From Azolla caroliniana (Eukaryota; Plantae; Polypodiophyta), in the NCBI GenBank assembly GCA_043228905.1, contig JBHGNT010000009.1:5580001-5644000 (forward strand): DNA of 64,000 nt. The letters run 5' to 3'. Shown here in pieces: positions 48,463 through 60,026 of the stretch (positions within the stretch are counted from its first letter, which is position 1; each line of letters begins with the position of its first letter). The position numbers and the translations under genes were made by a program. A model generated the notes under the pieces. The model had not been told where the DNA came from. It searched no databases and was given only the letters and a program-made list of their open reading frames with translations.

Positions 48463-49322
48463 GTTGCACACTATGTGGAAATTATATTTTTGTCCCTCTG
48501 GATAGAAAATGGAGTGCTCGGTGAGAAACGGAAGAAAACGGCATACCGGCAAGGAGGAAAACCGGCATACCGGCAAGGAGGAAAACGGCATACCGTCAAG
48601 GAGGAAAACGGCATACCGAAAAGGAGGAAAACGGCATACCGGCAAGGAGGAAAACGGCATACCGGCAAATGTAAAAAGAAAGAGACATAAATGTAAAAAG
48701 AAAGGAAATACTCACTACTGCGCAGGGCGTGATTCGAACTCTGCACCTCCACGTTGACAAACCCCAACCTTACCATTACATTAACTTATCTTAAGTGTTT
48801 TAAATATAGATTTAATACGTATAAGACCTTTATTTATGCATACCTTTATTAAAAGGTAAATCGTGTATTTTTTTAATATATGAAAAAGAAAAACACGAGA
48901 CACTAAAAATAACTCATGCACATCTAGCGTGCATGAGCCCTATACTTAGGAAATAAAAAAGCATCACATGCACATTTAGTGACATGAACACTTTTTGTAA
49001 AAAAAAAGCATGAAGCCATGCTTAGCTCTTCCTCCCTTATATAAGGAGGAGAGAAATATGTAAAGGGTTGTTGATTTTTTTGGATTAAGAATTAATCAAT
49101 ACAAAAATTATTCGTGGGATTCACGATTTATACGTCTACTTCTCTCTTAACACCCTAAGTACCAATTAATATAGTATACTCGTGTGATTCACGAGTTTCT
49201 TATCTTTCTCTTTGCTATTTACTCATAATTAATCTCTATCTCACGAACTTTTTTCTCCTAGTCCAAGACCTCTGTGGTTCCCACCCGACTCACGCAACGA
49301 TCCGGAGCCGAAAGGCACGACA
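48450..49322 (+). repeat. 3' LTR of copy C (873 bp), preceded by PPT GGAGGGGGCGAG 48438-48449
   Basis: 6 copies of the 23-bp unit; otherwise matches the 5' LTR apart from one A in a homopolymer. Confidence 0.97.
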
Positions 49323-49834
49323 ACGCGAACGTGTTAATTTAAATATATGATACATGCATAGGACAAGATTCAAACGTTGTACCTCCATGTAAACAAAACT
49401 CAAACATTACCATTGTTCTAACATATCATAAGTGACCTAAATATAGGAACCCATACACATTTAGAGTGCGTAAAAACTTTATTTAGAAGAAAAACGCAAA
49501 CAAAGAAAATGTTACTATATTTAAATTAAAAGCATGGTAGGAAAAGCTATTTAGGGACATCTAGTGTGCATGAACACTTTAGAAAAGCATTATGCTATGT
49601 CTGGCCTCTTCCATCACTATATAAGGAAGAGCGAAAGATGGATATTGTTGTTTTTTATACAGGTTGATTAATATATTATATTCGTGAGATTCATGAATTT
49701 GCCATCTATTTCTCTCTTGCAATCTAAATTCATATTCTTTCCTAAGCATTAATTAATACACTATACTCGTGGGATTCACGAGTTTCATATCTTTTTTTCT
49801 TATAATCTATTCATATTCATAACTAAACTCGTCT

Positions 49835-50431
49835 CAAAAGTTGGATGTTTATGGATGACAATGATAGACATAATAAAAGAGATATTATGAAGTCTAGAAG
49901 ATATCTCAGACTGAAGGTGAACAAGATTTAGTGCAAACAATTTGGAGATACCATTTGGTCAAGACAATGATTTGATTGGTACATTTGAAAATGATGAGGA
50001 GGACTCCCAATTGTATATTAGCTATAGTAGTGATTCTCATGAAAGGAATGATGATAGTGATGCAAATAACTCCTAAATGTATTTTTTGTGCAACGATATG
50101 TAACAAATTTAGACAACATTTTATCGAATGAAATAAAAAAGTTGATTATTTTGAAACCTTTCGCTTATGATTTCATTAGGATCTAAAATACTAGTAGTTG
50201 TAATTTCTCCTTAAAAATACACAAAGTTACTTTTCGTATTTGGCCAAAATTTAGCATTTTTCAATTTTACCAAATGGTGAAAATTTAGCTTTTTCATCAA
50301 GTTTTCGAGAACATGTAACACTGGTATCAAGGTGTTTTGTGAAATGGCCAAAAAAGCCCCAAAATCAGACGGAATATTCCTTATCCTTCCATTTGTGCGC
50401 AATCCTTCCACTTGTGAACGTGAACGTGTTA
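49835..50431 (-). mobile_element. Inverted, truncated second copy of the TIR element (left ~590 bp)
   Basis: Reverse-complement match to 40128-~40712; ends ...CCACTTGTGAACGTGAACGTGTTA; joined to the copy B LTR through a shared CAAA. Confidence 0.85.
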
Positions 50432-51446
50432 TATCTGGTGGGCACAAAAGACCATGGCATCCTATTCGGCCTGAACGATACCTCAGGCGTAGTCAGTTAT
50501 ACAAACTCAGACTTTGCTAGCTGTGTGTACAGCCGAAAATCAACAACCAGATACTACTTCAAATTCGGCAATGGAGCAATTTTGTGGAGATCGAAACTTC
50601 AAGAGTGCAATGCCATACCAACAATTGAGGCTGAATACATAGCCGCGTCCGATGTGGCAAAACTGGCTTTATGGTTCGGTCGGCTAGCACACACGTTTCG
50701 ACATGTCGACTTACACTTGGTTCCAGTTGTCTATAGCAACAGTCAGGGTGTTGTTGCTCTCTTGAAAAATCCGATTCATCACAATGCCTCCATGCACATC
50801 GACGTTCGATATCACTTTGTTCGGGATTGCGTCATTTTAGGGAAAATCGGCCTCAAGAAAATATCTACAATCGTTAATGTCGTAGACGGGATGACCAAGT
50901 GTCTTTCGACGGATCGATTCTAATCCCTTTGGCACCAGATGGGCATAACAAATAATCTGTTCGATTGAATCAAATATTCAGAATGGTTTTGAACAACCAT
51001 CATCAACCATTCGAAGTTCGGTCTCAATTCCTCCGACCTCTACCGATTCGGCCTTCTATTTTTCAAAGTTTACCGACTTGAACTAAAATCCGATTTGTTC
51101 GAAAACTTTGTACAAATCTGTATCGATCACTTATATTACAGATTTTGGATGTATTCGCCCATTACGGGGGAGTGTCGAATACGGGTCTCTAATGGACGTA
51201 TTCACATTGTCCCATTTGTACACGCTAGGTTTAGGACATCTTTATAAATATTAAGAAAGGCAGTTGCCCTATGTTAGTCAGTATATAAACTGACTTTGTA
51301 ACCTAGTTAGGTTGTTCATTATCGTATATTGTGCCATTGAGAGCCTGAATAATAGAGTTCTTCTTGTGTGCTTCCTTGTGTGTCTCTCTCTCTCTCATTC
51401 TGTCCCTTGATCTTGCTTTCACATTTACACTTGGTGATCTTTCACA
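50432..51446 (+). mobile_element. Copia 3' fragment (RT end-RNase H, PPT, 3' LTR 51173-51446)
   Basis: YLVGTKDHG..RKSTT..EAEYIAA..HIDVRYHFVRD..DGMTK; PPT ACGGGGGAG followed by TGTCGAA...TTCACA. Confidence 0.85.
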
Positions 51447-53180
51447 GTTATCAATAGAGGGGTTACATGATACGACACACCCAAATCAAGAAGCCAATTT
51501 TTGGATTCTTCGGTCCAATATAGAACTTCTTATTCGACCGAATTCTCGATGAATGGGATATTCAAGTCGTCCAACAAGACTTGCTGAAGAGCCGACAAAA
51601 TTGACCTCCTCCAGTCAGCTACCCTTTTGCTCCGATCTTTGAGCCTTTACATTCTTGGCCTTGAAGGCACATCATTCGGCCTTAATGTGTCTAGGTTTCT
51701 TGCAATAATTACACATTCAGCTATCCCTGGACTTGCTTCGGCTTTTGGCATTATTCGGTTGTTGGGAAGAACTTCTTCCTCGATTGTTTGGTCTGTCAAC
51801 CAAACTTCGTACTACATAGGCGTTGTTGGCCGATACGTGTATAAATGTCTTCCTCTGAGTATCTTCTGATAGAATTGAGCTCATAACCTCAGAGTACTTG
51901 ACGGGTTCAGCCAAGACATTACACATAGTAGTAACAAAAATTTCTCATGAAGGGGGGAGACTACTCATTAACATAAGAGCCTTAAACTAATCTTCAATTG
52001 TCATCCCTTGAGTCAAAATTTGGGAATTGATACTTTTTTACTTGTTAAGATGTTCCTGGACCAAGTCGGATTCTCTCATCCAAAGTTATGCCATTGCCTA
52101 ATTAGATAGATTTTAGTTGTGCCATTGCCTAACAACATTTTCCAAAATTCAAAGGTTGTCGAACACAATTGTACGATGTAAGAAACTGATTCGAATAAGT
52201 GCATCCAAATGGTGGTGCACACTATTGGATCTAGCTTTGTCCATTCATTCGGCTTGTACTCTTCTAGAGGCTTCTCATTCTCGCTTAGGTTGATTTGACC
52301 CTTCATGATCAGATAATCTTGTATTTGCTCCTTCCAGAAATCAAAGTTCGATCCTTTGAACTTCCTAAGACTCATCTTTGATGAGCCGATGTAGACGCCA
52401 TTTCTGATTTGAGCCAACTGGTCGAGAAGTTTTTTCTAGGGTGGATACAATCGGTAAGAGGAGTGCAACCAACTAGTTGAATTAGACAAGAACTGAGTTG
52501 GTTGGTCGGCTTGTCCTGCCCAAAGTGGCTATGGTCGAGAGCGGAGTAGAGCCAATTGGTCTTTCCAAAATGGTTCCTACTCGAGTTGAGCACAGACTGT
52601 GCCGATTGGGTTGTTGAGCCTACTGGGAGTGGCTTGGAGGGGTAGAGCCGATTGGTTTGCCCAAATGTCGCCTAGCCAAATTGAGCACAGATTTAGTTGA
52701 TTGATTGAGGATTTCACTTTGAGTGGCTAGGACCAAGGAAGAGGGTACAACCAACTTGCCTTTCTAAGGTGTGGTCTAGTAGGATACAATGCAAATCAAC
52801 AAAGTGCCAATTCTTCTCACAGAATGTAAATCCGTAGTTGCCGATCGAAAGATTTCTGTCCAACAAAAATCTTGGAAAGTCTCTTCAATATGTTTTCAAA
52901 AATCTTAAAGTCTTCAATGAACAAAACAAAAGTGCTGGAGACGGAGCTGATGACAATCGACAACGGAAAGGAACCTTGCTCTGATACCATATGTTGGAGA
53001 TAATCACCAGTTAAGATGAACAGAAACGAGACTATTTTATGAAGAACGGGTTGATGGACAAAGTGAAACTAAGAAAACTTGGCCAGATTAATAGGAGCAA
53101 CAGAGAGAGACCGAAATACACACATAGGTAACCCATGAAGACGGATAACACATGATCCTTCGTCTTCAACTATGAGACCG
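51447..53180 (-). mobile_element. Minus-strand Copia 5' fragment (gag, iMet PBS 52978-52989, LTR end from 52992)
   Basis: FKGSNFDFWKEQIQDYL gag start; GCTCTGATACCA next to TGTTGG; left and right limits approximate. Confidence 0.75.
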
Positions 53181-53189
53181 ACAACTTTC

Positions 53190-54240
53190 GGCTGTGGTCG
53201 TTTATGAACATCACGAAGTACTGCGATCCAGCATGTGACTTCGTGTCCACTTGACACACATCGGTATGCACTAGCTGCAATGATGCATTCCATCTCATCG
53301 GTGGTCTTCACCAAAAGGAGGTTCGGTTTTGCTTCCGGCCAAGAAATCGGTGCACTTGTCAAGATGCACGTCTTTCACCTCTGGAATAAGGTTATCTTCG
53401 GCAACTCTTCTCATCCCCTTCTAGCTCATATGACACAGTCTCTTGTGCCACAACTCACCGGCATTGTCGGAGGCTACATTCACTTCTTCCCGACATATCC
53501 GGGTGTGCATCAGGTACAGAATGTTGATCTTCTCGGCTCGACCCATGATTAGGCTGCTTTTGCTGAATTTCATGACTCCATTCCGGATGCTACCCGTGTA
53601 GCCTTCATTATCTAGCCGACCACCTGATATCAGGTTCCGTCGAACCTCCAAAACGTGTCAGACCTCTTTCAGGAGCAATTTGCATCCAATTGATGTCGTC
53701 CACAACACATCTCCTATGCCAACAATTCGGCATGTACCTTATTCCCCATCTGGACACAACCATGATCTCCAACTGTGTAGGATGAGAAACATTTCCGGTC
53801 TCGCGTTAGGTGGAACGATGCACTGGAATTGACAACCCACGTGTCTCGTTGCCACAAGGTTTAACTCATTCTCCTCGGTTACGGTCATCTTTCGTAACTA
53901 AGGCCTTCGGGTCGGTTCCGGGTTCTCGATCCTTCCGGAGAGCTTCTTCATCTAGCAAGCTTGATTTTACCATTGCTAGGCACAACTGCTTTCCTTCCGG
54001 CCCGGCGTTGCCCAAAGTGACAAGTAGCGTCTCCCAACTGTCCGAGAGGGAACTGAGCAGGAGCAATGCAAGTACCTCGTCCGCCAGAGGTACTTCAAGC
54101 GAAGTTGTTTGGTTTATGAGCCCTTGGAATGAGTTCATGTGCTCCGCCATGTTGGATCCGTCCTAGTATCGGAGTCTCACTAACTTCCGGAATACCAAAA
54201 CCTGATTTACGGTGTTTTTACTCGCCAGTATGATGCCAAT
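53190..54240 (-). pseudogene. Minus-strand Copia gag-PR-IN fragment related to the element at 60366+
   Basis: LLLLSSLSDSWETL (gag), WVVNSSASFH (PR), RLDNEGYTGSIRN, LWHKRLCHMS, LVHTDVCQVDT shared with 60366-61300. Confidence 0.8.
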
Positions 54241-54448
54241 TTTCTCCCAGTGCACATGAGCATTACTTTCTTCATGTTGGGAAATCTGTCTCACTAGATG
54301 GAACCCAGTGATGAATGAAGAGGACCCGTGAGAACCGGAAACCGGAGGAGACCCGGTGAGAAGCGAAAGCAAGACATATTTATAAATATGTCTTGAGGAA
54401 GCCTATGGAGGCTATATTTGTAAATAGCCCTAAGTTCATATAAGTATA

Positions 54449-57400
54449 TGTTAAGAGACAAGCTCAACATTTGTGCGTAATACGATGCGTAACTAGTGCG
54501 TAGACTGGGTGCGTAAACTCAATACGCATAACATGGTCGTAGCGGTGCGTAAACCGCGAGGCCGTTAAAAAGATATTCCTCGTAAGGAATAGTTTTGGGA
54601 GTAAGTGTCAAGGCTCATTTATGAGCAGTCAAGTACTGTCAATACTTGTGTCAGCCCGATTGTCAGGGCTTGTATTAAAGTGCTCACTGAGCACATCCTA
54701 TGTACAGATTGAGTATTATCTTTTTGAATTAAGCTCTTGTGTTTACTCTCTCTCTATCTCTCTCGTGCGTACTGTGCAAACCTAAACTTTCCATTAAACC
54801 TGCGTTTTCTGTTGTTCGGTTCTCTATATTGCTTCCGCACGCAATTCTTTTCATGGTATCAGAGCGCGAGGGTTTGAGAACCTCTGCAACCGACTTTACT
54901 TGAAGGGAAACCCAACGAAGTAGAACAACAAAACCGATGGACAAAGGCATGGCTAGCTCGCATCCGACGGAGAAGCTCGACAGAAACAACTACGCATCTT
55001 GGTCTTACAAGATGCACCAGTACCTGCTCGGACACGGTTACTGGAGCTATGTCGATGGAGCAAATGACACAGCACCCGATTCGACACACAAGGACTTCCC
55101 GGCGTGGGAACAATCGGCGAGCAGAGTGTTGTACTGTTTCGCGTCTTGTGTGGGCGAACAACTGTTAAGCTACGTTCGGGATGCAAAAACGCTGAAGGGT
55201 GCGTGGCAAAATCTGAGGAAGATCTTCACCGCGAGCACCACAGCCAGGAAGCTTCAGCTTCGATAGGAGTTGAGCAACCTACGGCAACACGATTTGTCGG
55301 TGGCTGACTATACCTCGAGGATTAAGGACATATGTGACTCTTTAGCTTCCATCGATGTGAACATCGAGGAAAACGAGATGGTCCAGGTCTGCCTCAGGGG
55401 GTTTGGCGTCGAAGTTTGGGGCGTTCTGAGCTGTTGCGTGTACCTGGGAGAATACGCTGTCCTTTTTCGACTTACAGTCGATGCTCCTGGTAGAGGAGAA
55501 CTACACGGGTGCGTCAATGAGCACGCACACCGACAACAAGATGTTGTACATGGAGGGAGATAGGCCCTATGGGCGTGGAGGATGAGGCGAGTCCGTATGC
55601 AATGGAGGCAGCTGACGGGATCAAGGAAGAAGGCACCAAAGTGATGCCGACAACAATTCTAGACACTCCGGAAACAGGGGGAGTTGAGGCGACGAGAACC
55701 GGCAAGGGAAATCTGCCGCGAAATGCTGGTACTGTGGCAAGAAAGGCCACAGGGAGAGCGAGTGCTGGAAAAAGTGCACCGACTCGGAGAGAACCGGGTT
55801 CGGAATAGGTTCAGAACATACCGACAAAGGAAACCGGCAGTGATTGCACTACGCCGAAGGATCCGGAAAAGCCGGAAAAGGGTCAGTCTTCGTGACGAGA
55901 CATGAGGCAAACACAATAAAGCAGACCACCCCGAAATCAGACGAGGTGTGGTACGTCGACTCCGGTGCGTCAAATCACATGACGAGCCATGAGGAGTGGT
56001 TCTCGTACCTAGAAAAACCGATGCAATCGGGAGTAGTCGCAACGGGAGACAACACTCCGCATCCGATCGCGAATGTCGGTGAAGTTCCCTTGAGCCATGT
56101 CGGGCAGAAAGGGAAACTTATGAACGTGTTACACGTCCCGATGATCACGAAGAACTTGGTGTCGGTCGGACAGATCGTCGACCAAGGGATGGAGGTCCGG
56201 TTTACGCACCTCGGGTGCTTCATTGAGGAAGAAGGCCGTATTATTGCACAATGGTGCAGAGATGGGAGGATGTTCATCCTCGACTCTACTGATGGTGGCA
56301 CCGCAATGTTCGCGAAGGGACAAAAAGTCGAGTTGGACATCGACTTATGGCACAAGCGGATAGGCCACGACAACTACCAGCGGCTTCACGACCTGCAATC
56401 GAAACAGGTGGTGTTCGGATTGCCCAAATTTAGTGGCCGGAAGGCACAAATTTGTGAAGTCTACAAGCTTGGGAAGCAACACTGACTTCCCTTCCCCAAT
56501 GAGCGTAACCAGAGCCAGAACAAGCTTGACTTGATACACTCTCATGTGTGGGGGCCGGCACAAAACGTTAGTCTTGGTGGGAGCCGATATTTTGTCTCCT
56601 TCATCGACAACTACACCCGGCACACGTGGATCTACCTCATTAAGAGGAAAAGCAAAGTCTTCGAGTGTTTCCGGGACATCAAAGGGTTCGTGGAAACGGA
56701 AACAGGAAGAAAGATCAAGTGCCTGCGGTTGGATGGTGGAAAAGAATACCTTTCCGGTCAATTCAACGGTTATCTACAACAGATGGGAATTCGGCGTGAA
56801 TTCACTTGTAGATACACGCTGGAGCAAAACGGCGTGGCCGAGAGGAAAAATCAGTCAGTGGTGGAAGCGGCACCAGCAATGCTTGAGGAGAAGAGCTTGC
56901 CCAAGTTCTATTGGGCCGAGGCAGTAAGGACCGCGGTATACATCTAGAACCAGATCGGAGAAAAAGTGTCGGCGCACGAGTTATACTTCGGAACGAAGCC
57001 GAACTTGCGACACTTACGAGTTTTCGGTAGCATTGTGTATGTGCATATGCCGAAGGAGAAATGGAGGAAGTTGGACGCGAAAGCCGAGAAGTGTATCTTG
57101 GTCGGCTACTCGGACGAGCAGAAGGGTTATAAGTGTTATAACCCGCACACCAAACAAGGGCGCGTGACCCACAACGTTGTGTTTGATGAGTCCGCGTCCT
57201 GGTACTTGCACCCGACTCCGGATCTCACCTCCAATCTGAGTTCTGATGATGAGGTTAGCGAGGCCGAGATGCCTCCGGATGAGCCTGAAATCGGGACCGG
57301 CGCAGAGCGTCCGATTTCGTTTCGGTTAAGTGGACCGAATGAACGACTAAGTCGGTACGACCAATCCGATGAAGAGCCGGCGAGTAGTGGAGACTTGGCC

Positions 57401-60026
57401 ATGCATTCCCCGCGCAGGAAGCCAAGGAGATGGCTTACGCACAAAGAGAAAGGGAAGAAGAAGGTGTCAGATTCCAGCACGGATAAGAACAAGCCAGGCC
57501 GACGCGAGTCTGACTACGAGGGAAGCGGTGATGGGTCTTCAAGAGCGAAGTCCGTTGTGCGGTTTGGATACAATGAGTACATGGCGCATCATTATCCGTA
57601 CATGACCCGTGTAGCGGAAGTGCGTGAGCCGGAGAGCTACGCAGAAACAGCTACGGACGCGAACTGGCGCGCCGCGATGGAGGACGAGATGCACGCATTG
57701 GCGGAAAACGAGACTTGGGACCTAGTTGATACACTGACGGGTGTGAAGCCAATCGGATGTAGGTGGGTGTACAAGGTCAAGTACAACATTGACGGCTCAT
57801 TCAACCGATATAAGGCCCGGTTAGTAGCGAAAGGCTACGCGCAGAAACATGGCATCAACTACGATGAGACGTTTGCGCCAGTCGCGAAGATGACGATCGT
57901 CCGTGTTTTGCTCGCGGTAGCCGCGGCCAAGGGGTGGCACTTACATCAGATGGATGTAAAGAATGTGTTCCTACAAGGTGAGCTTGAGAAACAGGTGTAC
58001 ATGGTACAACCCCTTGGATTTCACTCCAGAATGAACACGTCGGTAGTGTGCCGACTGAAGAAGACCCTTTATGGACTAAAGCAAGCCCCGCGTGCCTGGA
58101 ACGCGAAGATCACGCATCGGTTGCGTCAGATGGGCTTTGCGGCGTCGAAATCGGACTCCTCACTGTTCGTTCGGAAAGGTCGACTCGGGCCGGTCAGTAT
58201 TTTACTCTATGTTGATGACTTGGTCATCACCGGCGTTGACTTAGGTGAAATCAACTGCGTGAAGCTCCAACTTGCGGCATCATTCGACATGAAGGATCTG
58301 GGGGACCTTCATTACGTCCTCGGGATCGAAGTGATCCGCACCCCCGAAGGCATACTGATCAGCCAACGTCATTACGCGCTGACTATGCTCTTCAAATTCG
58401 GGATGGCAGACTGTAAGTCCGTCTCGACTCCTCTGGATAGAACCGTCAAGCTTCGCCCCGAGTCCAGAGAGTTATGCGAGCCGACGAGGTTCCAACAGAT
58501 AGTCGGCAGCCTCATATACTTGACCATCACCCAACCCGATCTCAGTTATCCGGTCGGGGTGATCAGTCAGTTCATGGCGTGACCTACCGAGGAGCACCTT
58601 TAGTGTGCACAACGCGTACTACGGTACGTAAGTGGCACTAAGGACCGAGGACTACTATATCGGACCGGTACAGCCTCGCCGTTGGTCGGCTACACTAATC
58701 GCCGCCAATCGCCGATCCACGTCCAGATACGCGTTCTCTCCTAGGAGCGCCACGATTGCGTGGTATAGTAAGAAGCAGCCGACATGCGAAGCCATATGGT
58801 TGAAACGGCTACTTAAGGACCTGCAAGAGGAGGTGTCCGATCCGACAACGATCTACTGCAACAACCTCAGCAACATCCAACTCGCGAAGAACCCCGTTTT
58901 CCACGCACAAACCAAGCACATTGAGGCGCATTACCATTTTGTCTGTGAGCGTGTCCTTTCTGGTGAAGTCAAACTTCAGTATGTTCCGACGGATCTGCAA
59001 ACTGCCGACATCTTCACCAAGCCCCTTGACCTGGACAAGTTGCGGCAATTCTTGGGTGCGCTTGGATTGCATCACCTTGACATGCCAAACTTGAGGGGGA
59101 GCGATGTCCGGAATGACCATGAAAGGAAGCTGGAAAGGAGCGGAGAAGACAGCGACGCCGAGTCGGATGACGAATTCGATTTCGGATCGGCTGAAGAAGC
59201 CGAGGGTGGATCCGTGGAAGAGTCCGAAAGCGGGCATAAGGGGAGCAGCCGGAAGAAAGAGCCAAAGTGAACCAAGCATGGGGGAGACGACGCCATCAAG
59301 GGCGAGAAGAACGAAGACGAGTTGGAGACAGCCAACTCGGACGAGAGCGAAAACCGATCGGAAGTAGCCGAGTCGGTTCGGATGCACTCAATCAACCGAG
59401 GGCCAAGCGGAAAAGAAGGCAGCAGGAGAAACCGCAACAACAGCCAACACCGCAACAACAAGGGAGCTATGAAGGGCCGTGGGAGCAGACAAGTCAACCG
59501 GAAGGGTCGAAGCGCGCGGAGTCGAACAAGCCGAGAAACACGAGCGAGGCGTGGAGCCAGGAGAAGCCAGAGCATAGATCCTGCGGAGCAGGCGGAACCT
59601 CAAGTTGAGCTTGAGGGGGAGTGTTGAGAGACAAGCTCAACATTTGTGCGTAATACGATGCGTAACTAGTGCGTAGACTGGGTGCGTAAACTCAGTACGC
59701 ATAACCTGGTCGTAGCGGTGCGTAAACCGTGAGGCCGTTAGAAAGATATTCCTCGTAAGGAATTGTTTTGGGAGTAAGTGTCGAGGCTCATTTATGAGCA
59801 GTCAAGTACTGTCAGTACTTGTGTCAGTCCGATTGTCAGGGCTTGTATAAAAGTGCTCACTGAGCACATCCTATGTACAGATTGAGTATTATCTTTTTGA
59901 ATTAAGCTCTTGGGTTTACTCTCTCTCTGTCTCTCCCCTGCGTACTGTGCAAACCTAAGCTTTCCATTAAACCTGCGTTTTCTGTTGTTCGGTTCTCTAT
60001 ATTGCTTCCGCACGCAACTCTTTTCA
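54449..60026 (+). mobile_element. Full-length Ty1/Copia element (Copia-3), same lineage as Copia-1
   Basis: 405-bp LTRs 54449-54853 and 59622-60026; PBS 54854-54865; PPT 59613-59621; perfect TSD GTATA (54444-54448, 60027-60031). Confidence 0.96.
54937..59627 (+). pseudogene. Copia-3 gag-pol polyprotein, disrupted, with long C-terminal extension
   Basis: TEKLDRNNYASW gag, WYVDSGASNHMT, HSHVWGP, LLYVDDL, ADIFTKPL; several stops and frameshifts. Confidence 0.92.

Larger units (their letters stand above)
41978..49322 (+). mobile_element. Young full-length Ty3/Gypsy element (copy C), tRNA-Trp primed, 4-bp TSD
   Basis: LTRs TGTCG...CGACA essentially identical except for repeat number; TSD ACGC at 41974-41977 and 49323-49326; PBS, PPT and near-intact ORFs. 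Confidence 0.97.
40128..49336. mobile_element. Non-autonomous TIR DNA transposon (~1.86 kb net), right TIR split by Gypsy copy C
   Basis: Left TAACACGTTCACGTTCACAAGTGGAAGGATC; right (rejoined) GATCCTTACACTTGTGAACGC^GAACGTGTTA. Internal palindromic repeats AACTCGATACA-T-TGTATCGAGTT at ~41190-41740. TSD length ambiguous (AT, WATT or TTAA). Confidence 0.85.
33681..49838 (+). mobile_element. Gypsy family copy B (old, degenerate). 5' LTR 33681-34410, PBS 34415-34431, gag-pol ~34476-39991, 3' LTR 40047-40127 + ~49337-49838 (split and 3'-truncated)
   Basis: Colinear with copy C but riddled with stops. The 3' LTR resumes after the TIR insertion and ends at CTCAAA, about 70 bp short of the LTR end. 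Confidence 0.93.

Noticed and set aside
40127-49337. piggyBac assignment from TTAA flanks
   Set aside because: Ends are not CCY, the second copy is flanked by TTAT, and alignment to the intact host LTR does not favour a TTAA duplication.
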